From Dehalococcoidia bacterium (GTDB lineage: Bacteria; Chloroflexota; Dehalococcoidia; UBA6926): a DNA stretch of 64,000 nt. The stretch spans positions 416,001 through 480,000 of the forward strand of contig CAXXET010000006.1 of assembly GCA_963666115.2 (NCBI GenBank), in the 5' to 3' direction. The notes below the pieces were generated by a model, which worked only from the letters and a program-made list of their open reading frames with translations, made no database searches and was not told where the DNA came from. Position 1 is the stretch's first letter, and every line of letters begins with the position of its first letter. The translations under genes were made by a program, and so were the position numbers. This document shows positions 1-8,406 of this stretch, piece after piece.

Positions 1-426
1 GAACCGGAAAGACTCGGCAGCGCCGCCATCATCACCGCCGGCACGTCGGATATGCCCATCGCCCTGCAAACGCAACTCATTGCAGAGATGCTCGGCGTGG
101 AAACCACGCTGCATTCGGACGTTGGCGTCTCCGGCCTCCACCGTCTTTTCCCCGCGTTGCAGGAGGTCGTCGAATCCGATCCGGACGTCGTCGTCGTAAT
201 TGCAGGGCAGGAGGGCGGCCTCGCCCCCGTCGTGGCAGGCCTCCTAGATCTACCCATCATCGCGGTTCCCACATCAACGGGAACAGGCTACGGCGGCGAA
301 GGCGTCGGCGCCCTCTCCACAATGCTCCAGTCCTGCTCCCTGGGCCTGGCCGTAGTCAACATAGACAACGGAATAGCCGCAGCAGTAATGGCCGCCACAA
401 TAACCCGCCGCGCCAACCGCCCTTAA
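1..426 (+). CDS. larB: Nickel-pincer (NPN) cofactor biosynthesis protein LarB, 5'-truncated by the window edge
   Basis: Frame 1 is open from base 1; motifs TAGTSD, DVGVSGLHRL, VIAGQEGGL, PIIAVPTSTG.GYG, MLQSCS.G..VVNIDNG. Confidence 0.9.
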   Translation, partial: EPERLGSAAIITAGTSDMPIALQTQLIAEMLGVETTLHSDVGVSGLHRLFPALQEVVESDPDVVVVIAGQEGGLAPVVAGLLDLPIIAVPTSTGTGYGGEGVGALSTMLQSCSLGLAVVNIDNGIAAAVMAATITRRANRP

Positions 427-450
427 TCCCCCGCCCACCCCCCCTTCCCC

Positions 451-564
451 CGTCATTCCGCCCCCCTCCGTCATTCCCGCGCACGCGGGAATCTGAATCA
501 CATAGCGCCAACCAAACCCCGTAGCGCCGCCCCTCCCCTTTTTCCCGCGAAAACGGGAATCCAG
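451..564. repeat. Cluster of REP/dRS3-like palindromic repeats (CGTCATTCCCGCG-N-CGGGAATC)
   Basis: Full copy at 469-494, variant at 542-564, partial at 451-460; the same family recurs at 1335-1362. Confidence 0.8.
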
Positions 565-602
565 TACCCCCCCCGTATCCCCTGCGCAGGCGGGGGTGAC
601 GC

Positions 603-631
603 TTGACGTACAACGTACATATTGTTAGGCT
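603..631 (+). promoter_or_regulatory. Sigma70-type promoter for higBA, probably giving a near-leaderless mRNA
   Basis: TTGACG-17 nt-TAGGCT, ending 8 nt before the ATG at 640. Confidence 0.55.
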
Positions 632-639
632 GAGCCAAC

Positions 640-921
640 ATGATACTGAGTTTCCGGGATCGGCGAACGGAGCGATTCGCGGCGGGCGAATTTGTAAGGG
701 AATTCCAGTCGTTCGAGGCGCAGGCGGAAAGACGACTGGCCATTCTGAATGCGGCGCCGTCATTGCGTACGCTGGCCGAGTTGCCAGGGAATCGGCTGGA
801 GGCGTTGCAGGGAAACCGTGAGGGGCAGTACTCGATTCGGATTAATCGCCGGTGGCGCATCTGCTTCTCCTGGCCCGATGGACCCGGGCCGACTGATGTA
901 GAGATCGTGGACTACCACTAG
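640..921 (+). CDS. higB: HigB (RelE/ParE family) toxin
   Basis: MILSFRDRRTE...PGNRLEALQGNREGQYSIRINRRWRICF...VEIVDYH. Confidence 0.93.
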   Translation: MILSFRDRRTERFAAGEFVREFQSFEAQAERRLAILNAAPSLRTLAELPGNRLEALQGNREGQYSIRINRRWRICFSWPDGPGPTDVEIVDYH

Positions 922-956
922 TCGTAGAGCGGGCGTAACGGGAAAGAAGGCGTGCA

Positions 957-1247
957 GTGATGTTTAGACGGGCTGTGCATCCGGGTGACATTCTGAGGGA
1001 TGAATTGGCAGAGATCGGGATTACGCCGACGGCCTTGGCGCGAGAAATCGACGTGCCGCCCAACCGGGTCAGCCAAATCATCGCGGGCAGACGGTCAATC
1101 ACGGGTGATACGGCGCTCCGGCTTGGCCACTGGTTCGGCGTGGAGCCTCAGTTCTGGCTGAATCTACAATCGCAGTACGATCTGGCGCTCGCCGAACGGG
1201 AGGCAGGAGAAAGGGTACAGGCGCTGCCGACGGCGGCTGGCCGGTAA
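957..1247 (+). CDS. higA: HigA antitoxin (XRE HTH)
   Basis: HPGDILRDEL...RVSQIIAGRRSITGDTALRL...FWLNLQSQYDL. Confidence 0.93.
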   Translation: MMFRRAVHPGDILRDELAEIGITPTALAREIDVPPNRVSQIIAGRRSITGDTALRLGHWFGVEPQFWLNLQSQYDLALAEREAGERVQALPTAAGR

Positions 1248-1295
1248 GGGTAACGCGTCTCCATAGCTTGGCGGCACTCATCCCGTTCACCTTCG

Positions 1296-1332
1296 CCCCC
1301 GCTCACCCAGAGCCCCATCGAAGGGTGCCCCC
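1296..1332. repeat. REP-like element, copy 1 of a direct-repeat pair (partner at 4037-4072)
   Basis: CCCCCGCTCACCCAGAGCCCCATCGAAGGGTGCCCC versus CCCCCGCTCACCCTGAGCCTGTCGAAGGGCGCCCC. Confidence 0.75.
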
Positions 1333-1334
1333 TG

Positions 1335-1362
1335 CGTCATTCCCGCGCACGTGGGAATCCAG
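1335..1362. repeat. REP/dRS3-like palindromic repeat
   Basis: CGTCATTCCCGCGCACGTGGGAATCCAG, near-identical to 469-494. Confidence 0.8.
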
Positions 1363-1462
1363 AAGCCGAGTTTCAGACTAGATAAACTGATAGGGTTGAC
1401 AACCCAACAAGGGGGATGGAGTAGAATGATTGTACATAGGTTCTAGCGCGGGAGGCTTTTCA

Positions 1463-2383
1463 ATGTCGGAGTCGGATTCCTTGGCAGAACGTTCAACGGC
1501 GGGCGCCCTTATGCGTGCCGGTGGCTTGGCCGCGAATGCTTCAGTCGTAGGCGTCGCAGGCGTCAGCCAGTTGATATCAGGCATTGGAATCGCCTACAAG
1601 CCCCTTTTCCAAGAAGTCGATCGGATGACGGCGAGCATGGGCATTGTCAACAGACTACTGGCGAACTCCTTCTTGAACTGGGGTGTGGTAAACGTAATGC
1701 GTGCATTCGACCAGCAATGGGCGAAGCAACAACGCGACTGGAATCGTCAAGCCAATCTCATGGCGCTCAGCACGAGAACCATCGCCACCGAGATGAATAT
1801 GGCTGTAAACGCTCTGGCAAACTCTGCTTCGCTACTCAGTGCAATGCCAAAGGCTCACGCCGCCTTGCCACGTGTTGATACCGTGAGCATCATGCGGCCT
1901 GTGATCACACGGAGTAGCAGATCATCCTGGTCCGACGCAGTATCCGAGGAAGATGATCCGCTGACATATTCTGACGTTAGCTTGGACGCAACTCTGCTGA
2001 ATACGCTGGAGCAGTCACATTATCACGTGTCCACAAGGGAGTTCCGTGAGTCCTTTCGAGATCTGCACAGAGAACCTTACCCCGACCTTACCGGTGCAAT
2101 ATCGCATGCCAATGCAGGATTTCTTTCCGTTGCGAGGGCGATTGATGGCAACAGCGGAGCCAATCCACGTGAAATCGTGGCACGTCATCGTGATCTGTTT
2201 CCGAAACCCCTAGACGAGGCAGTCCTGAAGCACTGGGGGTTCTCTTCTCAATATGGCCGCAAGGTAAGCGAGGGCAAAATCGCTGAGTATCATCAGGCTG
2301 AGGCGGCAGTTTACGGTATCGCACTAATCACGCTGTCGCTGGTTCGTGGAGCCCGAAAAGCTGGGCTGATAACCCACCCATGA
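1463..2383 (+). CDS. Hypothetical protein with a C-terminal AbiJ-like HEPN domain
   Basis: GGAGG RBS before ATG 1463; C-terminal PDLTGAISHA...VARAIDG...FPKPLDEAVLKHWGFSSQYGR resembles AbiJ-associated HEPN domains; more AT-rich than its flanks; overlaps the MTase start (ATGA). Confidence 0.55.
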   Translation: MSESDSLAERSTAGALMRAGGLAANASVVGVAGVSQLISGIGIAYKPLFQEVDRMTASMGIVNRLLANSFLNWGVVNVMRAFDQQWAKQQRDWNRQANLMALSTRTIATEMNMAVNALANSASLLSAMPKAHAALPRVDTVSIMRPVITRSSRSSWSDAVSEEDDPLTYSDVSLDATLLNTLEQSHYHVSTREFRESFRDLHREPYPDLTGAISHANAGFLSVARAIDGNSGANPREIVARHRDLFPKPLDEAVLKHWGFSSQYGRKVSEGKIAEYHQAEAAVYGIALITLSLVRGARKAGLITHP

Positions 2384-4032
2384 CAACACCAACCGATTGG
2401 CGCAACAAACTCCATTTCGGAGACAACCTCCCCATCATGCGGGAGCACATCCCCGATGAAAGCGTTGACCTCATCTATCTTGACCCCCCCTTCAACTCCA
2501 ACGCGACGTACAACGTTCTCTTCCGCGAGCACGACAGCAGCGAATCCGCTGCCCAAATCCAGGCATTCGACGACACCTGGCACTGGAGCACGGAGGCCGA
2601 ATGGGCATACCAGCAGGTCGTCACGAGCGGCCCCAAGCGACTCGCGGACATGCTCCAGGCCATGCGAACATTCCTCGGCCAGAACGACATGATGGCCTAC
2701 CTCACCATGATGGCCCCGCGCATGGTGGAGTTGCACCGCGTCCTCAAGCCGACGGGCAGCATCTACCTCCACTGCGACCCCACCGCCAGCCACTACCTCA
2801 AGTTGCTCATGGACGCGGTTTTCAGCAACGCGAATTTCCGGAACGAGATCGTGTGGCGACGGACTTCTGCAAAGGGCTTAGCGTTCACGAGGTATCCCCG
2901 GAACCACGACGTACTGCTCCACTACTCCAAGAGCGAGGAAGTTATTTGGAATCGCCCGTACCGTCCCCATAATGCCGAATATGTAGCGAAAGCCTACAGG
3001 CACATAGAGCCCGAAACAGGACGGCGATACCGACTGGACAACTTGGCGAACCCGAATACCAACAGACCAAATCTAACTTATGAATTCCTCGGTGTAACCA
3101 GAGTTTGGCGCTGGACCAAAGAGAGGATGGAGGCAGCCTACCGCGACGGACTGATTGTTCAAACCAGACCAGGTGGTGTGCCGAGCCTCAAGAGGTATCT
3201 CGACGAAATGGAAGGGAGCGCTGTCGACACGATCTGGGAAGACATTCTGCCCGTACAGTCCCACAGCAATGAACGCCTCGGCTATCCCACCCAAAAGCCC
3301 GAGGCCCTGCTTGAGCGCATCATCAATGCCTCCAGCAACGAGGGTGATGTCGTGCTTGACCCCTTCTGCGGCTGCGGCACGGCCATCGCCGTCGCGGAGC
3401 GGCTCAACCGCAAATGGATCGGCATCGACGTTACTCACCTCGCCATTTCCCTGATGAAGAGCCGCCTGCGCGACTCGTTCGGCGATGACCTGTCCGACTA
3501 TGAGGTCGTCGGCTCGCCCGCGGACACTGAAAGCGCCCGCGCCCTCTCGCTTGAGGGCGGCAACACCGGCCGCTACCAGTTCGAATACTGGGCGCTTGGC
3601 CTGGTAGAGGCGCGTCCTGCGAATGACCGTCGCAAGGGCGCAGACTCCGGCATCGACGGCTATATCAACTTCTTCGACGACAACTCCGGCAAGGCCAAGA
3701 CCGTCATCGTGCAGGTCAAGAGCGGGCAGGTTGGCCGCAACGTCATCGCCACCCTCAAGGGCGACATGGAGCGTGAGAATGCGGAAATGGGGCTGCTCAT
3801 CACCCTTGAGCCGCCCACCAGGCCAATGATCGACGAGGCCACTGCCGCAGGGTTTTACGTGCCGGAGGCATTCCCGGACAGGCAATTCCCGCGCGTCCAG
3901 ATCGCCACGATTGAGGACATCCTGAACGGCAACGGCCCCGCCATCCCCCAGCTCGGCCTCTCCCAGTCCCCCACCTTCCGCCGCGCCCCCCGTCAACGCC
4001 GCGCCCAACCCCGCCCCCAGCGAATGGTGTAG
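2380..4032 (+). CDS. N6A/N4C DNA methyltransferase (beta class) fused to a C-terminal Mrr-like restriction endonuclease domain
   Basis: DLIYLDPPF motif IV, GYPTQKPEALLERII, VLDPFCGCGT motif I, C-terminal GIDG...IVQVKSG. Confidence 0.9.
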   Translation: MTTPTDWRNKLHFGDNLPIMREHIPDESVDLIYLDPPFNSNATYNVLFREHDSSESAAQIQAFDDTWHWSTEAEWAYQQVVTSGPKRLADMLQAMRTFLGQNDMMAYLTMMAPRMVELHRVLKPTGSIYLHCDPTASHYLKLLMDAVFSNANFRNEIVWRRTSAKGLAFTRYPRNHDVLLHYSKSEEVIWNRPYRPHNAEYVAKAYRHIEPETGRRYRLDNLANPNTNRPNLTYEFLGVTRVWRWTKERMEAAYRDGLIVQTRPGGVPSLKRYLDEMEGSAVDTIWEDILPVQSHSNERLGYPTQKPEALLERIINASSNEGDVVLDPFCGCGTAIAVAERLNRKWIGIDVTHLAISLMKSRLRDSFGDDLSDYEVVGSPADTESARALSLEGGNTGRYQFEYWALGLVEARPANDRRKGADSGIDGYINFFDDNSGKAKTVIVQVKSGQVGRNVIATLKGDMERENAEMGLLITLEPPTRPMIDEATAAGFYVPEAFPDRQFPRVQIATIEDILNGNGPAIPQLGLSQSPTFRRAPRQRRAQPRPQRMV

Positions 4033-4036
4033 TGCT

Positions 4037-4072
4037 CCCCCGCTCACCCTGAGCCTGTCGAAGGGCGCCCCT
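4037..4072. repeat. REP-like element, copy 2 of the direct-repeat pair
   Basis: Matches 1296-1332 in the same orientation. Confidence 0.75.
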
Positions 4073-4868
4073 ACTCCCCCCCGCCCATATACGTCAGGTC
4101 AGGCACAATCGTCACGAACCGGTTCAACGAATCATTGAAAATATCCGCCATTTCAAGGTGCGGAAAATGCCGCGAGAGCGGAATCGTATCAAAGGACGCA
4201 TGCTGGATCGCCCCCAGCAGCTGCCCCGCCTGCTCCACCAGCGGATCATCCTCCCCGTAGACGATCAGCGTTGGCGTCTGGATGGATCCAAGCCGCGAGG
4301 TCGCGTCCCACTTCGCCGCCGCCACGAAATCCCGCATCGATGACATGGGGCGTTGTGCCGCCCGCGCCGCCGTGAGCGCCTCAGCCGGCAAGGGCATGTG
4401 CGGCTCGCGCAGGCCCCGCAGCGCGTGGTCGCGAAGGAATCCGTCGGGGTCTTCCAGCAGGTCCGCCGCCGTATCCGCCGCCCATGGGAACGTGATTCCC
4501 GTCCCGATCAGCGCCAAACCCTCAACCAGCCGCGGGTGCCGGCTCGCATACTCGATGGCGATTGCCCCGCCAAGCGAATGTCCCACGAGCACCACGGGCG
4601 CGAGCCCCAGCGTGTCGATGAACTCGTGCAGGAACGACGCCCAGTCCGGCACGTCCTCCAGCGCCTCTCCGCTCGATTGTCCGTGCCCTAGCAGGTCGAG
4701 GGCGATGGGTGTCTGGGACGGCGCGAAGAACCTCATCTGGTCGGCGAAGAGCCGGTGATCCGCCCCCGGCCCGTGGACAAAGAGGATGCGCGCCCCCGGC
4801 GTGGCCCCGCCAAGCTCATGGGGGCACTCGTAGTAGACGGACTCCCCGCCAAAATTCACGTGCGGCAT
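4071..4868 (-). CDS. Alpha/beta-fold hydrolase
   Basis: LFVHG, DLLGHGQS, GHSLGG nucleophile elbow, GEDD, HFPHLE. Confidence 0.9.
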   Translation of the reverse strand: MPHVNFGGESVYYECPHELGGATPGARILFVHGPGADHRLFADQMRFFAPSQTPIALDLLGHGQSSGEALEDVPDWASFLHEFIDTLGLAPVVLVGHSLGGAIAIEYASRHPRLVEGLALIGTGITFPWAADTAADLLEDPDGFLRDHALRGLREPHMPLPAEALTAARAAQRPMSSMRDFVAAAKWDATSRLGSIQTPTLIVYGEDDPLVEQAGQLLGAIQHASFDTIPLSRHFPHLEMADIFNDSLNRFVTIVPDLTYMGGGE

Positions 4869-4954
4869 AACCCCTCTACTCTACATGACGCAAGCGCCCG
4901 CTATACTTGAATCACCGCCGCCGTCACGCGGCGCAATCGGAGGGCAAGGATTTC

Positions 4955-5998
4955 ATGTCAACATCGGAACAGGTCAGACTCACGAGCCTGTCCCACTGCG
5001 CCGGTTGAGCGGCCAAACTCGGCCCCGCCGAGCTTGCGCAGGTCCTGCGCAATCTGCCGCCAATCAGCGACCCCAATCTGCTGGTCGGAATCTCGACTGG
5101 TGACGATGCCGCCGTCTATCGCCTCACCGACGACATCGCGCTCATCCAGACCATCGATTTCTTCCCGCCCGTCGTCGATGACCCATACGACTTCGGCGCG
5201 ATTGCCGCCGCCAACGCGCTCAGCGATGTCTACGCGATGGGCGGCCACCCCATTATCGCCCTCAACGTTGCCGCGTTCCCCGACGCGCTCGATAAGGACA
5301 TCCTTGGCCGCATCCTTAAAGGAGGCGCAGACAAGGCAGTCGAGGCGGGCGTGCTCATCGCCGGCGGACACACCATCGAAGACCCTGAGCCCAAGTACGG
5401 CCTCTCCGTGACCGGCATCGTGCAGCCCGGCCACCAGGTCGCCAACGTTGGCGCGCAGCCCGGCGACGCCCTGGTGTTGACAAAGCCGCTCGGCTCCGGC
5501 GTGTTGACGACGGCGCACAAGAACGGCGCGCTCGATGATGCAACCCTCGCCGAGGTCGTTGACGTCATGTCCCAGCTCAACCGCGGCGCCTCCGAGGCGA
5601 TGATCGAGGTCGGAGTAAACGCCTGCACGGACATAACGGGGTTCGGACTGCTCGGACACCTTAAGGGAATGCTGGACGGCAGCGGTGTTGGCGCGACACT
5701 GTCTCTGTCGGACGTCCCGACGATTCCCGCTGCGTGGGAGATGATCGAAAGAGGCTTTATACCCGGCGGAACGGGGCGTAACCAGGTCTACATTGAGAAT
5801 TTTGTCACAGCACATCCGGAGGTGAGTGAGGCGGGCAAAACCAATCTGATGGACGCGCAGACGTCGGGGGGTCTGCTCATTTCAGTCCCCCAAAGCAAGC
5901 GAGACGCCCTCATCGCCGCCCTCCGCGCCCGCAACACAAAAACAGCCGCAATAATCGGCCAAATCACCGAAAATAAAGAACTAATTATCCAACCATAG
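4955..5998 (+). CDS. selD: Selenophosphate synthetase SelD, selenoprotein form (in-frame TGA = Sec at 5006-5008)
   Basis: ATG 4955 reads MSTSEQVRLTSLSHCAG-U-AAKLGPAEL...DDAAVY...QTIDFFPPVVDDP...ANALSDVYAMGG, in frame with ORF 5237-5998 (DITGFGLLGH, DAQTSGGLL). Confidence 0.95.
5034..5052 (+). promoter_or_regulatory. Bacterial SECIS-like hairpin of selD
   Basis: TTGCGCAG-GTC-CTGCGCAA perfect hairpin 25 nt after the TGA; resembles the GCAGGUCUGC core of the E. coli fdhF SECIS. Confidence 0.75.
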
Positions 5999-6015
5999 CC
6001 CAACGGAGCGTACCA

Positions 6016-6501
6016 ATGGCCGTACTTGAAATACCCCGACAATTCATTGATGAGATGATTGCCCACGCCCAGGAAGATGACCCAAACGAATGCTGCGGCA
6101 TCCTGATTGCCGAGAACGGCGCTGTCATTTCAACGCGCCGGGTCACCAATATCGTCGATGAAAAAAACAAGCCGTTCCGATACCAGATGGCGCCGCTTGA
6201 ATATGCGTCCATCGATGAGGAGTGCTCCGCGAACGGCTGGACGCTATGGGGTTTCTATCACTCCCACACGCGCTCCCAGGCCTATCCCTCGAAGACCGAT
6301 CAGAACCTGGCATTCTGGCCCGGAACAAAGGACCCCATTTGGCCGGACTCCTACTATCTACTCGTTTCTCTTGAAGACAAGGATGCGCCTGTTGTTCGGG
6401 CCTATTCCATTTCGCCGCCGGACGCGGACACGGACGGTGATTTCCGGGTCGATGAATACGAACTCCGCGTAACCGAATCTCCAACCCCCAACTCTGCCTG
6501 A
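6016..6501 (+). CDS. JAB/Mov34 (M67) metallopeptidase, Mec-like
   Basis: PNECCG, YHSHTRSQAYPSKTD JAMM motif. Confidence 0.9.
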   Translation: MAVLEIPRQFIDEMIAHAQEDDPNECCGILIAENGAVISTRRVTNIVDEKNKPFRYQMAPLEYASIDEECSANGWTLWGFYHSHTRSQAYPSKTDQNLAFWPGTKDPIWPDSYYLLVSLEDKDAPVVRAYSISPPDADTDGDFRVDEYELRVTESPTPNSA

Positions 6502-6854
6502 TGTGCCTCATCGCTGCCGTCATCGCCGCGGCCATCGGCTGGATCACCTTGGCCGGTACCATAATCTGGTATCGCCTTGTCGTCGTCCCTGACCTCTACG
6601 TTGGCGATAGCATCCTGCCGTTCGTCGCGGTTATGACAATAGGCGCGCTTGCATTTCTGGGCGTCCTTGTGGGCGCAATCCGCCGCACACAAGGCAAAGC
6701 GGACGGCCTCCCCACAATGATCATCGCCGCATTCGCTCTGGTGGCCATCATCTTCAGTTCCCTAACAACAACCGGAGTCCTAATCATCCCCGGCTTCCTA
6801 CTATCAACCCTGGCAGCATCCCTGCCGCCAAACAGGCCATGGGAAAAAACGTAA
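6501..6854 (+). CDS. Small membrane protein of unknown function (about 4 TM helices)
   Basis: Hydrophobic segments; start overlaps the JAB stop (TGATG). Confidence 0.6.
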   Translation: MCLIAAVIAAAIGWITLAGTIIWYRLVVVPDLYVGDSILPFVAVMTIGALAFLGVLVGAIRRTQGKADGLPTMIIAAFALVAIIFSSLTTTGVLIIPGFLLSTLAASLPPNRPWEKT

Positions 6855-6878
6855 GGGCAGGCCGCAGCCTGCCCCTGC
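6851..6878. repeat. GTAG-family REP-like hairpin between convergent genes
   Basis: GTAAGGGCAGGC-CGCA-GCCTGCCCCTGC inverted repeat. Confidence 0.5.
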
Positions 6879-6899
6879 TATTTGCGTGTCACACCTTGT

Positions 6900-7475
6900 C
6901 TAGGTGAGATCATCATCCTCCAGCCAGCCATGCCGCTTCGCAAGGTTTACCCATAGCTGCTGTGTGTAGCGCGCGTCACGCCGCATTTCCTCAAGCGTCT
7001 CGGTTAGAGTTTCCATCACCGTCTGATGAGCGCCTAGCAGTCTGGTGTGCTCTTCTTGTATCCGTCGAGTCTGAAGCCCGTCGCGCTGACCCTCCTCAAT
7101 CGCCGATGTTAGAGTTTCCATCGCCGTCTGATGCGCGCCAAGCAACCGTGATTGTTCTTGTTGTAGCCGGGCTTGCTCTTCTTGTCTCTCTTGTGTTCGA
7201 AGCCCGTCGCGCTGGCCCTCCTCAATCGCGGTTGTTAGAGTTGCCATCGCCGTCTGATGCGCGCCAAGCAACCGTGACTGTTCTTGTTGTAGCCGGGCTT
7301 GCTCTTCTTGTCTCTCTTGTGTCCGGCGCGCATCACGCCGCACCTCATCGAGCATCGTCGTCAGAGTTTCCATCATCCGGGCGTGCTCTTCCTGACGCTC
7401 GTCGAGCCTTTCGACGATTCCCTCTAGCCGGTCAACACGATTCTCAAGATCTGTCATCTCAGTGTTCCTTGCCAA
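6900..7475 (-). CDS. Coiled-coil protein with internal tandem repeats
   Basis: E/Q/R-rich heptads; 42-aa repeat TQERQEEQARLQQEQSRLLGAHQTAM... Confidence 0.7.
   Translation of the reverse strand: MARNTEMTDLENRVDRLEGIVERLDERQEEHARMMETLTTMLDEVRRDARRTQERQEEQARLQQEQSRLLGAHQTAMATLTTAIEEGQRDGLRTQERQEEQARLQQEQSRLLGAHQTAMETLTSAIEEGQRDGLQTRRIQEEHTRLLGAHQTVMETLTETLEEMRRDARYTQQLWVNLAKRHGWLEDDDLT
7003..7380. repeat. Intragenic tandem repeat with 126-bp and 105-bp periods
   Basis: GT(T/C)AGAGTT(T/G)CCATC recurs at 7003, 7108, 7234 and 7360. Confidence 0.85.
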
Positions 7476-7508
7476 GCCAGCTTACCACTTTACGACGCGA
7501 CCCGTTCC

Positions 7509-8405
7509 CTACCGGCCGTCTCCCCCCTCATTCCGTCGCGCGGTGAGCCAGGAGTCGACGATCTGCTGCAGCAGTTCCAGCTCCTGCACCTTGAGCTTGC
7601 CCGCGGCCTTGAGGGCTTCGGCGAGCATATTTTGTGACTGCGCCTCCTGCATCGTCGTGCCCGCGTCGAGGCTGCCCTGGGATTTCCACCACAACTCGAT
7701 ATCGGAATCGTCGGCGTGCTCAATGTCTTTCTCAATTAACCTCAGAAAGTGTGTCCGCATGTACTGTGTCACGCGCTCCTCTTCACCCTCCGGCGTCTGA
7801 ATCCAGAGCACGCTTCCGTCCGCGCGCACGTATCGGCTCTGCGGCCCGGCATCATTGCGTGATGCAGTTGGCGGTTGGTTAGATTCTGCCGGCGGACGTG
7901 GCGCCGATGTGCTTCCCGACGGCGAGTAGCGCGGCGCGGGCGGCAACCCTCCACCGCCCGGCTGGTAGCGCGGCGGCGCGCCAAGCGGGCTCGTGCTTGG
8001 CGGCGGGACAGGGCGATCAAGGGGGCGCGCGGCCTGCCGCGCGGGAGTCTCGCGGCCTTGTTCGTTTGCGGGGGCGGCCATCGGCGACTGATTTAGCTCA
8101 TCCTCAAGCGGATCGCTGGGGTTTATCACCTGGGGCAGGTTCAGGATTTTGAGTTCGCGTGTGACCATGTCCGTTGCAGACTCGGTGGGGAGCTTGTCCG
8201 TGACGCGCTCGCCGGTCTCGTCTTCTTGCGACCGCAGCTCAAAGAATTTTTCGACTTGCGCATCCGTTGCCTCTTCCGGCGTCGCGCCTGTCAGGCGATA
8301 GAAGTGCATCCGGTTGACGCCAGCCATGGCGACCTCATCGCCATCCTTGGCAAAACGCGCGACGCCATTGTCGCCCCGTTCAAAATACTTGCTTGGCGGG
8401 GCCAT
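7509..8405 (-). CDS. Hypothetical protein with a central Pro-rich linker
   Basis: 298-aa ORF starting 1 nt after the cimA stop; no recognised family. Confidence 0.65.
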   Translation of the reverse strand: MAPPSKYFERGDNGVARFAKDGDEVAMAGVNRMHFYRLTGATPEEATDAQVEKFFELRSQEDETGERVTDKLPTESATDMVTRELKILNLPQVINPSDPLEDELNQSPMAAPANEQGRETPARQAARPLDRPVPPPSTSPLGAPPRYQPGGGGLPPAPRYSPSGSTSAPRPPAESNQPPTASRNDAGPQSRYVRADGSVLWIQTPEGEEERVTQYMRTHFLRLIEKDIEHADDSDIELWWKSQGSLDAGTTMQEAQSQNMLAEALKAAGKLKVQELELLQQIVDSWLTARRNEGGDGR

Positions 8406-8406
8406 G

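Noticed and set aside
7003-7380. Tandem repeats as a possible CRISPR array
   Set aside because: No unique spacers; periods are multiples of 21 nt inside a coding frame; no cas genes
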